This document shows positions 1 through 10,416 of a DNA stretch of 64,000 nt, in pieces (within the stretch, counting starts at the first letter, position 1; the number at the start of each line of letters is the position of its first letter). The stretch spans positions 811,127-875,126 of the forward strand of contig CACMJS010000001.1 in the NCBI GenBank assembly GCA_902614085.1, written 5' to 3'. Under the pieces are notes generated by a model that saw only the letters and a list, made by a program, of their open reading frames with translations, made no database searches and had not been told where the DNA came from. The stretch is from an uncultured Alphaproteobacteria bacterium. GTDB taxonomy: Bacteria; Pseudomonadota; Alphaproteobacteria; HIMB59; GCA-002718135. The position numbers were made by a program, and so were the translations under genes.

Positions 1-1
1 A

Positions 2-595
2 ACGTTTTATCTTTTTTCATCTGTTGCAGTTCTTTCTGCTCTAATGGTTATAAGTGCAAAAAATCCAGTTCATTCAGTTTTGTTCTTAATTTTAAGCTTT
101 GTTAACGCATCAGGACTCTTTGTTTTATTAGGTGCTGAATTTTTGGCAATGATCCTTGTCGTTGTATATGTTGGAGCTGTTGCTGTCCTTTTTCTATTTG
201 TTGTAATGATGCTTGATATAAATTTTGTAAAGTTGAGAGAAGGTTTTTTGCAATATTTACCTTTTGGAGCATTATTAGGGATAGTTCTAGTAATTGAACT
301 TGGAATACTTTTTTTAACAGATAGATCGTCTAATATTTATAACAATCAAACACCACTACAACCTATAGTTAATGAAGTGGAAAATACAAAAATGATTGGG
401 CAAATACTCTACACTGAATATTTTTATTTATTTCAAATATGTGGGATAATTTTATTAGTCGCAATGATTGGCTCTATTACACTTACATTAAGAGATAAAG
501 GTGGTGTTAAAAGGCAAAATATAGATTCTCAAAATACAGTTGATGCATCAACAGCTATAGAAAAGAAAAAAGTAAAAATAGGCGAAGGAATTTAA
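2..595 (+). CDS. nuoJ: NADH-quinone oxidoreductase subunit J (5' end cut by window edge)
   Basis: The frame is open from nt 2 (TFYLFSSVAVLSAL precedes the ATG at 44), so the listed start is internal. Hydrophobic ND6/NuoJ-like protein (SAKNPVHSVLFLIL, GAEFLA) directly upstream of nuoK-L-M-N. Confidence 0.9.
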   Translation, partial: TFYLFSSVAVLSALMVISAKNPVHSVLFLILSFVNASGLFVLLGAEFLAMILVVVYVGAVAVLFLFVVMMLDINFVKLREGFLQYLPFGALLGIVLVIELGILFLTDRSSNIYNNQTPLQPIVNEVENTKMIGQILYTEYFYLFQICGIILLVAMIGSITLTLRDKGGVKRQNIDSQNTVDASTAIEKKKVKIGEGI

Positions 596-598
596 TTA

Positions 599-904
599 AT
601 GATTGCTCTTGAACACTATCTTTTTCTCGGCGCAATTATTTTTACCTTAGGTGTTTTAGGAATATTTTTAAATAAGAAAAATTTAATTATAATTTTAATG
701 TCTATAGAACTCATCTTGTTGTCGGTAAATATTAATTTTATTGCTTTCTCAGCGTATATTAATGATATTTCAGGGCAAATCTTCGCAATGCTTACACTTA
801 CTGTTGCAGCCGCTGAAGCAGCAATTGGACTTGCCATACTTGTAGTATTTTTTAGAAATTTAGGATCAATAGAAGTAAATAAAATTAATCAGCTTAAGGG
901 ATAG
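599..904 (+). CDS. nuoK: NADH-quinone oxidoreductase subunit K
   Basis: 101-aa three-helix membrane protein, ND4L/NuoK-like ([16 protein letters not shown]). Starts 3 nt after nuoJ. Confidence 0.9.
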   Translation: MIALEHYLFLGAIIFTLGVLGIFLNKKNLIIILMSIELILLSVNINFIAFSAYINDISGQIFAMLTLTVAAAEAAIGLAILVVFFRNLGSIEVNKINQLKG

Positions 905-907
905 TAG

Positions 908-2815
908 ATGGCAACCTCAATTATATTTTTACCTCTACTTGGTTTTCTTTTTTGTTTTTTGATCGGTAAACAGTTTAACTATAAGGTTTATCAAATATCA
1001 ACAACTTCAATCCTTTTTCTTTGTACTTTATTTTCTTGGATAATATTCATTCAGTTTATTAATAATAAGGAAACTGAAATAATTTTTATTCTTAACTGGA
1101 TCACTTCTGGAAACTTTATTGTTAATTGGTCCATAAGATTAGACACTTTAACTGCTGTGATGTTCATTGTGGTTACAACTGTTTCTGCTTGTGTTCATTT
1201 ATATTCAATAGGCTATATGGAAGAAGATCCATCAAAAATTAGATTTATGGGTTATCTAAGCTTATTTACTTTTTTTATGCTTGTTCTTGTATCAAGTAAT
1301 AACTTGCTGCAAATGTTTTTTGGTTGGGAAGGTGTTGGGCTAGCCTCATATTTATTAATTGGTTTTTGGCACCATAAAGAATCAGCAAATAAAGCTGCTA
1401 TAAAAGCATTTGTTGTAAACAGAGTTGGAGATTTTGGATACGCAATTGGAATTGCTGGAATTTTTTATATTTTTGGCACGATAAGTTTCGACAGTATATT
1501 TTCACAAGTGGATCGATTTAGTGATCATCAAATTCAATTCCTTTCATTCAGCTTTCCAACTTTAGATTTTTTATGCTTTCTTTTATTCATAGGTGCAATG
1601 GGTAAATCTGCCCAATTAGGTTTACACACATGGCTGCCAGATGCTATGGAGGGGCCTACTCCTGTATCTGCACTAATACATGCTGCAACAATGGTAACTG
1701 CTGGTGTATTTTTAGTTGCAAGAATGAGTCCTCTCTATGAGTTTGCGACATTTACTAATTTATTCATTACTTTTATTGGTGCAGCCACAGCTATTTTTGC
1801 GGCCTCTATAGCCTTAACGCAAAATGATATTAAACGAGTCATTGCATATTCAACATGTAGTCAATTAGGCTATATGTTTTTTGCAGCAGGTGTAGGAGCT
1901 TATAATGCATCAATATTTCACTTAACAACTCATGCATTTTTTAAAGCTCTTCTATTTCTTTCTGCAGGTTCTGTAATTCATGCAATGCATCATGAACAGG
2001 ATATGAGAAAAATGGGGGGACTTTTCAAAAAAATACCTTTTACTGCCTCAATGATGTGGATTGGGTCTCTTGCAATTATAGGTTTCCCATATCTATCTGG
2101 TTACTATTCAAAAGAAAGTATTTTAGAAAATGCTTTCTATGCTTCAAATGGAATAGCATACTTTGCATATTTAGTAGGTATTTTAACAGCTTTACTTACT
2201 GCTTTTTATTCATGGAGATTATTATTCCTAACATTTCATGGTGAAAATAGATCAAATAATAAAACATATGATCACGCCCATGAATCACCTTTAGTAATGA
2301 CAGCTCCATTATTTATTCTTGCAATTGGTTCTATTTTTTCGGGAATATTCTTTGCTGATTATTTTATTGGATATTATAAAAAAGAATTTTGGGATAATGC
2401 TATACTATTAACAGAAAGTTCCCATAAATATCTTCCACTTACACAATCATTAATATCAAAGTCTGCTGTTGCAGTTGGAATTCTTGTCTGTGTGTTGATA
2501 TATTCAAATAATTTAAACAGAGCAAAAAATCTTTCCTATAATTTAGATCCTTTATATTCTCTTTCTAAAAATAAATGGTATGTGGATGAGCTATATCATA
2601 AAGTATTTGTTTTAACTTTTTTCAAATTAGCAAACTTTTTCTGGAAAAGAGGAGATGAAAAAACTATCGATGGTTTAGGACCAAACGGGGTCTCCTGGAT
2701 TATTTCAAAATCGTCATCTTATGTCAGTTTATTTCAATCAGGGTATTTGTTTCATTATGCTTTTGCTATGCTTGGTGGCTTAGTAATAATTTTAACATGG
2801 TTTTTATATTACTAA
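908..2815 (+). CDS. nuoL: NADH-quinone oxidoreductase subunit L
   Basis: 635 aa with FFGWEGVGLASYLLIGFW and HAATMVTAGV motifs of the ND5/NuoL antiporter-like subunit. Confidence 0.95.
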   Translation: MATSIIFLPLLGFLFCFLIGKQFNYKVYQISTTSILFLCTLFSWIIFIQFINNKETEIIFILNWITSGNFIVNWSIRLDTLTAVMFIVVTTVSACVHLYSIGYMEEDPSKIRFMGYLSLFTFFMLVLVSSNNLLQMFFGWEGVGLASYLLIGFWHHKESANKAAIKAFVVNRVGDFGYAIGIAGIFYIFGTISFDSIFSQVDRFSDHQIQFLSFSFPTLDFLCFLLFIGAMGKSAQLGLHTWLPDAMEGPTPVSALIHAATMVTAGVFLVARMSPLYEFATFTNLFITFIGAATAIFAASIALTQNDIKRVIAYSTCSQLGYMFFAAGVGAYNASIFHLTTHAFFKALLFLSAGSVIHAMHHEQDMRKMGGLFKKIPFTASMMWIGSLAIIGFPYLSGYYSKESILENAFYASNGIAYFAYLVGILTALLTAFYSWRLLFLTFHGENRSNNKTYDHAHESPLVMTAPLFILAIGSIFSGIFFADYFIGYYKKEFWDNAILLTESSHKYLPLTQSLISKSAVAVGILVCVLIYSNNLNRAKNLSYNLDPLYSLSKNKWYVDELYHKVFVLTFFKLANFFWKRGDEKTIDGLGPNGVSWIISKSSSYVSLFQSGYLFHYAFAMLGGLVIILTWFLYY

Positions 2816-4300
2816 ATGATTGACTGGCCGTTAGTATCAGTAATAATTTTTTTACCTTTAATTGGTGCTTTAATTATTCTTTTTATTAAAGAAGATGAAT
2901 TGACATCAATTAATATTAAATGGGCTGCTTTGCTAACAACATTAGGAACATTTATTTTAAGTTTAATACTCTGGTTACAATTTGATTATTCCAATCCGTC
3001 TTATCAGTATGAAGAAATATTTAGATGGTTTGATGACTTTAATTTCTTCTACCATGTTGGAGTTGACGGTATTTCACTTTTTATGATTTTATTAAGTACA
3101 TTTTTGACCCCACTTTGTATTTTAGCTAGTTGGAATAATATTAAAAAAAGAGTCAAGGAATACATGCTTTCTTTTTTATTTTTAGAGACTGTAATGATTG
3201 GCATGTTTGCTTCTATAGACATACTTTTATTTTATATTTTTTTTGAAGCAGTATTAATACCCATGTATCTAATCATAGGTATCTGGGGAGGTAATAGAAG
3301 AATCTATGCTTCTTTTAAATTCTTTCTCTACACTCTTTTGGGTTCAGTACTCATGTTGATTGCTATTATTGTGATGTATAGAAATACAAGTTCAATGAGT
3401 ATTGAGTTCTTACAAGGTAATTATTTTTCCTATAATACTCAGTTGTTTCTTTGGCTTGCCTTCTTTGCTTCCTTTGCAGTTAAAATTCCCATGTGGCCTT
3501 TTCATACATGGTTGCCCGATGCCCATGTCGAAGCTCCAACGGCTGGATCTGTTATTTTAGCCGGAGTACTTTTAAAAATGGGCGGATATGGTTTTATCCG
3601 TTTCTCTCTAGGTATGCTTCCAGAAGCAACAGAGTTTTTTATTCCTTTAATTATGACATTAAGTATAGTTGCTATAGTATACACTTCGTTAGTGGCACTA
3701 GCACAGACTGATATAAAAAAACTAATTGCATATTCATCCGTTGCTCATATGGGAATTGTAACAATTGGAATTTTTTTAGTTAATCAACAAGGTTTAGAAG
3801 GGGCAATGATGCAAATGATTAGTCATGGACTGGTCTCAGCAGCTTTATTTTTATGTGTTGGCGTTATTTATGATCGAATGCATACTAGAGAAATTGAATT
3901 TTACGGAGGATTAGTTCAAAGAATGCCACTTTATGCAACAGTATTCATGATTTTTATGCTGGGATCAGTTGGATTACCTGGGACTAGTGGTTTTGTTGGA
4001 GAATTTTTAGTTATTGTTGGCGCATTTAAATTTTCAAGTTACGTTGTTATTGGCGCTGCTTTTGGAATAATATTATCCGCTGTTTACATGCTATATCTTT
4101 ATAAAAGAATTATTTTTGGCACCATAACTAATAATAAACTTGCAGATATTTTAGATATAAACACAAGAGAGAAAATCATATTAATTCCTTTAGCAATTTC
4201 AGTAATATTACTAGGTATATTTCCAAATCTATTTTTAGATCCTATGAGATTATCACTTGAATTAATTATAACAAACTATGAAATAGCCAATGCTAAATAA
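2816..4300 (+). CDS. nuoM: NADH-quinone oxidoreductase subunit M
   Basis: 494 aa with the WPFHTWLPDAHVEAPTAGSVILAG motif of ND4/NuoM. Abuts the nuoL stop. Confidence 0.95.
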   Translation: MIDWPLVSVIIFLPLIGALIILFIKEDELTSINIKWAALLTTLGTFILSLILWLQFDYSNPSYQYEEIFRWFDDFNFFYHVGVDGISLFMILLSTFLTPLCILASWNNIKKRVKEYMLSFLFLETVMIGMFASIDILLFYIFFEAVLIPMYLIIGIWGGNRRIYASFKFFLYTLLGSVLMLIAIIVMYRNTSSMSIEFLQGNYFSYNTQLFLWLAFFASFAVKIPMWPFHTWLPDAHVEAPTAGSVILAGVLLKMGGYGFIRFSLGMLPEATEFFIPLIMTLSIVAIVYTSLVALAQTDIKKLIAYSSVAHMGIVTIGIFLVNQQGLEGAMMQMISHGLVSAALFLCVGVIYDRMHTREIEFYGGLVQRMPLYATVFMIFMLGSVGLPGTSGFVGEFLVIVGAFKFSSYVVIGAAFGIILSAVYMLYLYKRIIFGTITNNKLADILDINTREKIILIPLAISVILLGIFPNLFLDPMRLSLELIITNYEIANAK

Positions 4301-5726
4301 TATTTACAATATTTTTTTTATTCCTGAAATTTTTTTAGCATGCTCCTCTTTTGTTTGCTTACTTTTTGGTCTTTTTTTAAAAAAGAATGCATTTAGGCAA
4401 ACTTCCAATCTAGCAGTTTTCGTTTTATTATTAACCATTTTGCTTGTTTACTATGATAGTGAATCAAATTTTGCAAATTATAAAAGTTTATTTAGCCACT
4501 CTTCTTTTATAAATTTTTTTAAAATTTTAGCTCTATTAGGATCTATAGCTAGTATCATCATTTCTAAAGATTATTTCTTAGGCATTAAGCTTAAAAATTT
4601 TGAAATTCCTGTTTTATTTTTATTTTCAACCCTTGGGATGATGTTAATGATTGCTTCAAATAATCTTATGTCCATGTATCTAGCAATAGAACTACAAAGT
4701 TTATCTCTTTATGTTGCTGCAGCAATAAAAAGAGATTCAATTTCATCAGCTGAGTCAGGAGTAAAATACTTTATTTTAGGAGCATTATCTTCAGGTATAC
4801 TTTTGTATGGTTTCTCCTTAATTTATGGATTTACTGGTTCAATGAATTTTAATGAAATAAGTTTCTATTTATCAAAATATGATAATTTAAATTTAGGTCT
4901 AATATTTGGGCTTGTATTTGTGATGGTAGGCTTGGCTTTTAAGGTTTCAGCCGTACCTTTTCATATGTGGACTCCCGATGTTTATGAAGGAGCCCCAAAT
5001 TCAATTACAGGTTTTTTTGCTATTGTTCCCAAGATTGCTGCAGTAGCTTTAATTTATCGTTTTTGCTTAGTTCCATTTGAAAATTTTTACTTAGAATGGA
5101 GTCAAATAATTTTATTTTTATCAATAGCTTCAATGTTTCTTGGCGCTATCGCAGCTATAGCACAGTCAAATATTAAAAGATTATTAGCTTATAGTTCTAT
5201 CGGACATATAGGCTATATCTTAATCGCTTTAGTTGCCGCAAATGATGATGGAATTAAGGCAGCATCAATTTATATGTTTTCATACATGATAATGAATGTT
5301 GCAATTTTTGCTATTTTACTTTCGTTAAAAGTTAAAAATGAATATTTAATTAATATAAGTGATTTAAAAGGATTGAGTAAAAGTAATCCAATCGTTAGTC
5401 TTTCTATTTCAATAATAATGCTATCTATGGCTGGCATCCCACCCTTTATAGGATTTTTTGGAAAGTTTTATGTTTTCATTGCTGCCATTGAACAAGAATT
5501 ATATGTACTTTCAGTTCTTGGTGTCCTAGCCAGTGTTATTTCTGCTTTTTATTATTTAAGAATTATTAAGATAATGTATTTTGATGAAGGTAAAAGTGAG
5601 GGAATAATTAATTTTCAAATTTCTTTTCAATCAAAAATTATTCTTTTCTTAAGTTTGTTTTTAATCATTTGCTTTATATTTTATCCATCTTTATTGATTA
5701 ATATATCCGCAAGTTTGACCATTTGA
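4290..5726 (+). CDS. nuoN: NADH-quinone oxidoreductase subunit N
   Basis: 478 aa with the VPFHMWTPDVYEGAP motif of ND2/NuoN. Start overlaps nuoM by 11 nt. Confidence 0.95.
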   Translation: MLNNIYNIFFIPEIFLACSSFVCLLFGLFLKKNAFRQTSNLAVFVLLLTILLVYYDSESNFANYKSLFSHSSFINFFKILALLGSIASIIISKDYFLGIKLKNFEIPVLFLFSTLGMMLMIASNNLMSMYLAIELQSLSLYVAAAIKRDSISSAESGVKYFILGALSSGILLYGFSLIYGFTGSMNFNEISFYLSKYDNLNLGLIFGLVFVMVGLAFKVSAVPFHMWTPDVYEGAPNSITGFFAIVPKIAAVALIYRFCLVPFENFYLEWSQIILFLSIASMFLGAIAAIAQSNIKRLLAYSSIGHIGYILIALVAANDDGIKAASIYMFSYMIMNVAIFAILLSLKVKNEYLINISDLKGLSKSNPIVSLSISIIMLSMAGIPPFIGFFGKFYVFIAAIEQELYVLSVLGVLASVISAFYYLRIIKIMYFDEGKSEGIINFQISFQSKIILFLSLFLIICFIFYPSLLINISASLTI

Positions 5727-5729
5727 TTA

Positions 5730-6464
5730 ATGTCATTAGATAAAATTAAAAATCTATTAGATAAAAATAATTTTGATTTTCATTTTATTGAATCTGTAGA
5801 TTCTACAATGTCAGAGGTTAAAAAACTTATTGATAATAGAAATATATGTTTGTTGGCAAATGAACAAAAAAAAGGATTTGGAAGACGAGGTACAACTTGG
5901 GAAAGTCCGAAAAATAATGTCTATATTTCTATTTTATCTAAAAATATATTGCCAATAGAAAATCATTTTTTAAATAATGCTTTTACTACTAATATGATCT
6001 GTTCGGTGATTGAAAATATTTGTAATGTTAAAACTCAAATTAAATGGCCAAATGATATTCTAATTAATAAAGAAAAAATTTCTGGAATAATATCTGAAAT
6101 ATTTAGTATCAAAAGTGATAAATATATAAATACTGGTTTTGGAGTTAATATAGTTTCTTCTCCAAAAATTGAAAATTATCCAACAACTAATATTAATAAT
6201 TACAATAAAGAAATTAACAATTTTTATTTTGTATATGAAATTATGGAAGAGTATTTTAACAATTTTAAACAACTACTAAATAATCACGAAAAAATTATGA
6301 CTGAATATAAAAGTAGATTATTATATTTAGGGGGCAATATAAATTTAAAAATTGATGAACAAAATGTAAAACAAGGAATATTTCATAATCTTAATTCAGA
6401 TGGTTCAATCACTTTAAAAAATAATATTAATTTTGAAAATATTTATAATGCTAGAATAATTTAA
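5730..6464 (+). CDS. birA: biotin--[acetyl-CoA-carboxylase] ligase, group I (no N-terminal HTH)
   Basis: 244 aa with a GFGRRGTTW biotinyl-AMP loop (GRGRxGRxW type). The nuoN-birA-coaX order is conserved. Confidence 0.8.
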   Translation: MSLDKIKNLLDKNNFDFHFIESVDSTMSEVKKLIDNRNICLLANEQKKGFGRRGTTWESPKNNVYISILSKNILPIENHFLNNAFTTNMICSVIENICNVKTQIKWPNDILINKEKISGIISEIFSIKSDKYINTGFGVNIVSSPKIENYPTTNINNYNKEINNFYFVYEIMEEYFNNFKQLLNNHEKIMTEYKSRLLYLGGNINLKIDEQNVKQGIFHNLNSDGSITLKNNINFENIYNARII

Positions 6465-7225
6465 TGATTGTTATAGATGTAGGTAATACAAATATAGTTA
6501 TAGGTTTTTATACAAAAAATAAATTAATTAAAATTATTAGATTAAAAACAGAAAAAAAAATTAATATTACTCAAAAAGAATTAAATAAATTTTTTAAATC
6601 TAATAAAAAGTTGATTAATAATCTTAGAGATAGATTTTGTATCTTGTCCTCTGTTGTACCTTCTTTGAATTTAATTTTTAAAAATATTTTTCAAAAAAAT
6701 AAATTCAAATTTTATGTAATTAATCCAAAAAAAATATCATTTAGAAATAGTATCAATTATAATTTAAATCAAATTGGAAGTGATCGAATAGCAAACTATG
6801 CCTATGTATATAGTAAGAAAATCAAAGACTGTATAATTGTCGACTTTGGTACAGCTACTACTTTTGATGCTATTAAAAATAATCAATATTCAGGTGGATT
6901 AATTTTTCCAGGTATCAATCTATCAATGGATACGCTTTTAAAAAATGCTGAATTAATTAAAACTTCAAAAATCTCAAAATCAAATAAAATTGTTAATAAT
7001 AATACATCCGCTTCTATTCAATCAGGTTTCTATTTTGGTTATTTGCATGCAGTTAATGGCATATTAAAGCAAATTATTAAGGAGAATAATTTTAAGCCCA
7101 AAGTCTATATTACGGGTGGTCTAGGTAAAATATTTAGGGATAAAATTATTTATAAACCTATATATATGGAACATTTGACATTAGAAGGAATAAAAGAAAT
7201 CGGTAACAAACATTTTTATGAGTAA
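6464..7225 (+). CDS. coaX: type III pantothenate kinase
   Basis: 253 aa with N-terminal IDVGNTN (ASKHA phosphate-1 motif) and GSDR. ATG overlaps the birA TAA by 1 nt. Confidence 0.8.
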   Translation: MIVIDVGNTNIVIGFYTKNKLIKIIRLKTEKKINITQKELNKFFKSNKKLINNLRDRFCILSSVVPSLNLIFKNIFQKNKFKFYVINPKKISFRNSINYNLNQIGSDRIANYAYVYSKKIKDCIIVDFGTATTFDAIKNNQYSGGLIFPGINLSMDTLLKNAELIKTSKISKSNKIVNNNTSASIQSGFYFGYLHAVNGILKQIIKENNFKPKVYITGGLGKIFRDKIIYKPIYMEHLTLEGIKEIGNKHFYE

Positions 7226-8891
7226 TAATTTACAACTAAATGATTTTAATGAAGGACTACACTTTTTATCTCTTGGTGGTATTGGAGAAATCGGTGCAAA
7301 TTGTTATCTTTACGGGTGTGATGGAAAATGGATAATGATAGATTTAGGCCTTTCATTTGCAGATGAAAAGTTTCCTGGTGTAGATTTATTGGTACCAAAA
7401 ATAGATCACATTGAAAGTTTAGAAGATAATCTCGAGGCTATTATTATCAGCCATGGTCATGAAGATCATGCAGGAGCTGTTGCGTTCTTAGCAAATAAAA
7501 TTAAATGTCCTGTATATGCTAGTAAATTTGCAAAATTTCTTATCGAAAATAGGTTAAAAGAATTTAATAAAGTAGAAGGATTTACTCTAAAAGAGATAAA
7601 CCTAGACAAGAAATTAATACTCAATAATTTTGATATAAGTTTTATTCCAACTACACACTCAATTCCTGAACCAACTGCAATAGTAATTAAAACAATATAT
7701 GGATCATTACTTCATACTGCTGATTGGAAAATAGATCATTCACCTACTTTAGGAGACTCATTTTCAAAAGAAAAATTTGAAAAATTAGGAAATGATGGAT
7801 TACTTGCCTTAATAGGTGACTCTACTAACGCAAATGTCCCTGGTAGATCAGAATCTGAAAGTGATGTTAGAGATGAACTGACAAGTATATTTTCAAGATT
7901 TTCTAATAGAATTGTTGTTACCTGTTTTTCTTCAAATATTGCACGAATGAAAAATATTATTCAGGCATCAAAAAAAAATAAAAGAAAGGTCGCTCTTGTT
8001 GGTAGGAGTATGAAAAAAAATATCGAAGTAGCAAGAAAATGTGGTTATATTGCAGATGATGAAATTTTTATTAGTGAAGATGAAGCTTCTTATATACCAA
8101 GAGAAAATTTAGTCATAATTTGTACTGGAAGTCAGGGTGAAAAAAGATCTGCACTTTTCAGAATAGCTTATAATTCTCATCAACATTTACATTTAGAGCC
8201 TGAAGATGTAGTAATTTTTAGCTCTAGAGATATTCCTGGTAATGAAAAATCAATAAATAATTTAAAGAACTTACTTATTAGACAAAGAGTTGAGATAGTA
8301 ACTGCTGATGATGATTTAGTACATGTTTCAGGTCATGGTTATGCAGATGAAATAAAACAAATGTATAATTGGACAAAACCGTACTTATCTATTCCTGTGC
8401 ATGGTGAACCAATGCATCTAGAGGCGCATAAACAATTATCTTACTCATCTCAAGTACCATTTACTAAAATTTTAGAAAATGGAAAATGCCTCAAAATTGC
8501 ACCAGGTGAACCTAAAATTGTAGAAAAATTTGAAACTGGAAAGTTAATTGTTGAGGGTAAAAATCTTTACGACTCTGATTCTGCATTTATTAAAGAGAGA
8601 AGGAAATATTCATTTGAAGGGTTAGTTTTAATTTCTTTAATTATCAATGATGATGACTATTCAATTAATAAAAATATGTTACTTACCTTAAAAGGATTGC
8701 CGGGAATAGATGAAGAAAATATTAAAAACGATTTTAAAATACTTTTTATAGAAAACTATACAAAACTTAACAAAGATCAAAAATCATCAGATCTTATAGT
8801 ATCTGACTTAGTTAAAAGTAGTTTTAGAAAGATTATAAAAAATTCAATTCAAAAAAAACCAGAAATTGAAGTTCATTTAATACGATCTTAA
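7218..8891 (+). CDS. rnj: ribonuclease J (metallo-beta-lactamase/beta-CASP)
   Basis: 557 aa with an HGHEDHAG zinc motif. Beta-CASP-sized body plus a C-terminal domain. Confidence 0.85.
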   Translation: MSNNLQLNDFNEGLHFLSLGGIGEIGANCYLYGCDGKWIMIDLGLSFADEKFPGVDLLVPKIDHIESLEDNLEAIIISHGHEDHAGAVAFLANKIKCPVYASKFAKFLIENRLKEFNKVEGFTLKEINLDKKLILNNFDISFIPTTHSIPEPTAIVIKTIYGSLLHTADWKIDHSPTLGDSFSKEKFEKLGNDGLLALIGDSTNANVPGRSESESDVRDELTSIFSRFSNRIVVTCFSSNIARMKNIIQASKKNKRKVALVGRSMKKNIEVARKCGYIADDEIFISEDEASYIPRENLVIICTGSQGEKRSALFRIAYNSHQHLHLEPEDVVIFSSRDIPGNEKSINNLKNLLIRQRVEIVTADDDLVHVSGHGYADEIKQMYNWTKPYLSIPVHGEPMHLEAHKQLSYSSQVPFTKILENGKCLKIAPGEPKIVEKFETGKLIVEGKNLYDSDSAFIKERRKYSFEGLVLISLIINDDDYSINKNMLLTLKGLPGIDEENIKNDFKILFIENYTKLNKDQKSSDLIVSDLVKSSFRKIIKNSIQKKPEIEVHLIRS

Positions 8892-9124
8892 TGGCACTAT
8901 TTACTCATGTTCTAATTTTTATCCTTGTTTGGTGGATTTTATTTTTTATACTTCTACCGATTAAAATAAAAGTACCCCAAAGAGTAGAATCTGGACATGC
9001 AAAAAGTGCTCCAAGCAAGCCATATCTTATGATAAAATTTATAGCAACATCATTAATATCAGCTTTAATTTTATTTTTTTTGATTTTATTTGGATTTGAT
9101 TTATCAAATATATTTAATAAATGA
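8891..9124 (+). CDS. small two-TM membrane protein (DUF1467-like)
   Basis: 77 aa with two hydrophobic helices. The position between rnj and proS matches the conserved alphaproteobacterial DUF1467 gene (from memory). Confidence 0.55.
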   Translation: MALFTHVLIFILVWWILFFILLPIKIKVPQRVESGHAKSAPSKPYLMIKFIATSLISALILFFLILFGFDLSNIFNK

Positions 9125-10416
9125 AATACTCTAACTTTTTTCTTCCCACTATTAAAGATGCACCATCAGATGCTGAAATAATTTCACATAAATTAATGAT
9201 CAGAGCTGGAATGATTAAACAATCTAGTGCCGGTATTTATTCGTGGTTACCTCTAGGCCTACTTGTATTAAAAAAAATTGAACAGATTGTTAGAGAAGAA
9301 CAAAATAATGCAGGAGCAGTAGAACTGCTTATGCCTACGATTCAATCTTCTGATTTATGGATTAAATCAGGAAGATACGATGATTATGGAAAAGAAATGT
9401 TAAGGATTACAGATAGAAGTGGAAGGGAAATGCTTTACGGCCCAACAAATGAAGAATTAATTACAGATATATTTCAATCACATATAAATTCTTACAAAGA
9501 TCTTCCAAAAAATCTTTATCATATTCAATGGAAATTCAGAGATGAAGTTAGACCTAGGTTTGGTGTAATGCGAGGAAGAGAATTCTTAATGAAGGATAAT
9601 TATTCATTTGATCTTAATGAAAGTGAAGCAAAAAAATCTTATGACAATATGTTTAAAGCATACATAAAAACTTTTATTAGAATGGGTTTAACTCCAATTT
9701 CTTTAAGAGCAGAAACAGGACCAATTGGAGGTAACTTAAGTCATGAATTTCAAATACTAGCTAAGACTGGTGAAAGTACACTTTATTATGATAAAAAATT
9801 AGAAACACTAAACCCTGAAACTATAGACCCAAATGAGTTGCAGTCATTTTATGCTGCAGTTGATGATCAACATAATCAAAAAAATTGCCCAATTTCAAAT
9901 GAAGATCTAAAAATTTCTAAGGGTATTGAAGTGGGTCATATATTTTATTTTGGAACAAAATATTCTGAGAAATTAAATGCATTTGTTCAAGATAAAAGTG
10001 GGAAAAATGTTCCAGTACATATGGGATCATATGGCATTGGTGTTTCAAGACTTGTTGGTGCAATTATAGAAGCATATCATGATGAAAAAGGAATTAGGTG
10101 GCCTTTAGAAGTTGCTCCATTTAAGGTTTCCATAGTTAATTTAATGTCAGAAGATCAAGATTGTGCCACAAAATCATCAGAATATTATGAATATTTTATG
10201 AATAATAATATTGAAGTAATTTTAGATGATAGAATCTGCAGTATAGGAAAGAAATTATCTGATAATGAGTTAATTGGGACGCCATATCAAATTATTATTG
10301 GCAAAAGAGATTTAAAAGATAATTTAGTAGAAATAAAAAATCGCCAAAATAATGAAAGTAAAAAAATTTCATCCAGTAGTGTAATTGATTTTATTAATAA
10401 TATGTTAAAAAAATAG
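9121..10416 (+). CDS. proS: proline--tRNA ligase, short form lacking the INS editing domain
   Basis: 431 aa with class II motif 2 (FRDEVRPRFGVMRGREF) and motif 3 (GSYGIGVSRL). The length fits the alphaproteobacterial short architecture. Confidence 0.9.
   Translation: MKYSNFFLPTIKDAPSDAEIISHKLMIRAGMIKQSSAGIYSWLPLGLLVLKKIEQIVREEQNNAGAVELLMPTIQSSDLWIKSGRYDDYGKEMLRITDRSGREMLYGPTNEELITDIFQSHINSYKDLPKNLYHIQWKFRDEVRPRFGVMRGREFLMKDNYSFDLNESEAKKSYDNMFKAYIKTFIRMGLTPISLRAETGPIGGNLSHEFQILAKTGESTLYYDKKLETLNPETIDPNELQSFYAAVDDQHNQKNCPISNEDLKISKGIEVGHIFYFGTKYSEKLNAFVQDKSGKNVPVHMGSYGIGVSRLVGAIIEAYHDEKGIRWPLEVAPFKVSIVNLMSEDQDCATKSSEYYEYFMNNNIEVILDDRICSIGKKLSDNELIGTPYQIIIGKRDLKDNLVEIKNRQNNESKKISSSSVIDFINNMLKK

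Noticed and set aside
4261-4320. When I indexed the printed blocks by hand, the nuoM/nuoN junction seemed to carry a +1/-1 pair. This would truncate nuoM and break nuoN.
   Set aside because: The supplied ORF track reads straight through (LELIITNYEIANAK for nuoM, MLNNIYNIFFIPEIF for nuoN). Coordinates on both sides agree with the track. I attribute the discrepancy to my own miscounting of A/T runs, not to a frameshift or pseudogene.
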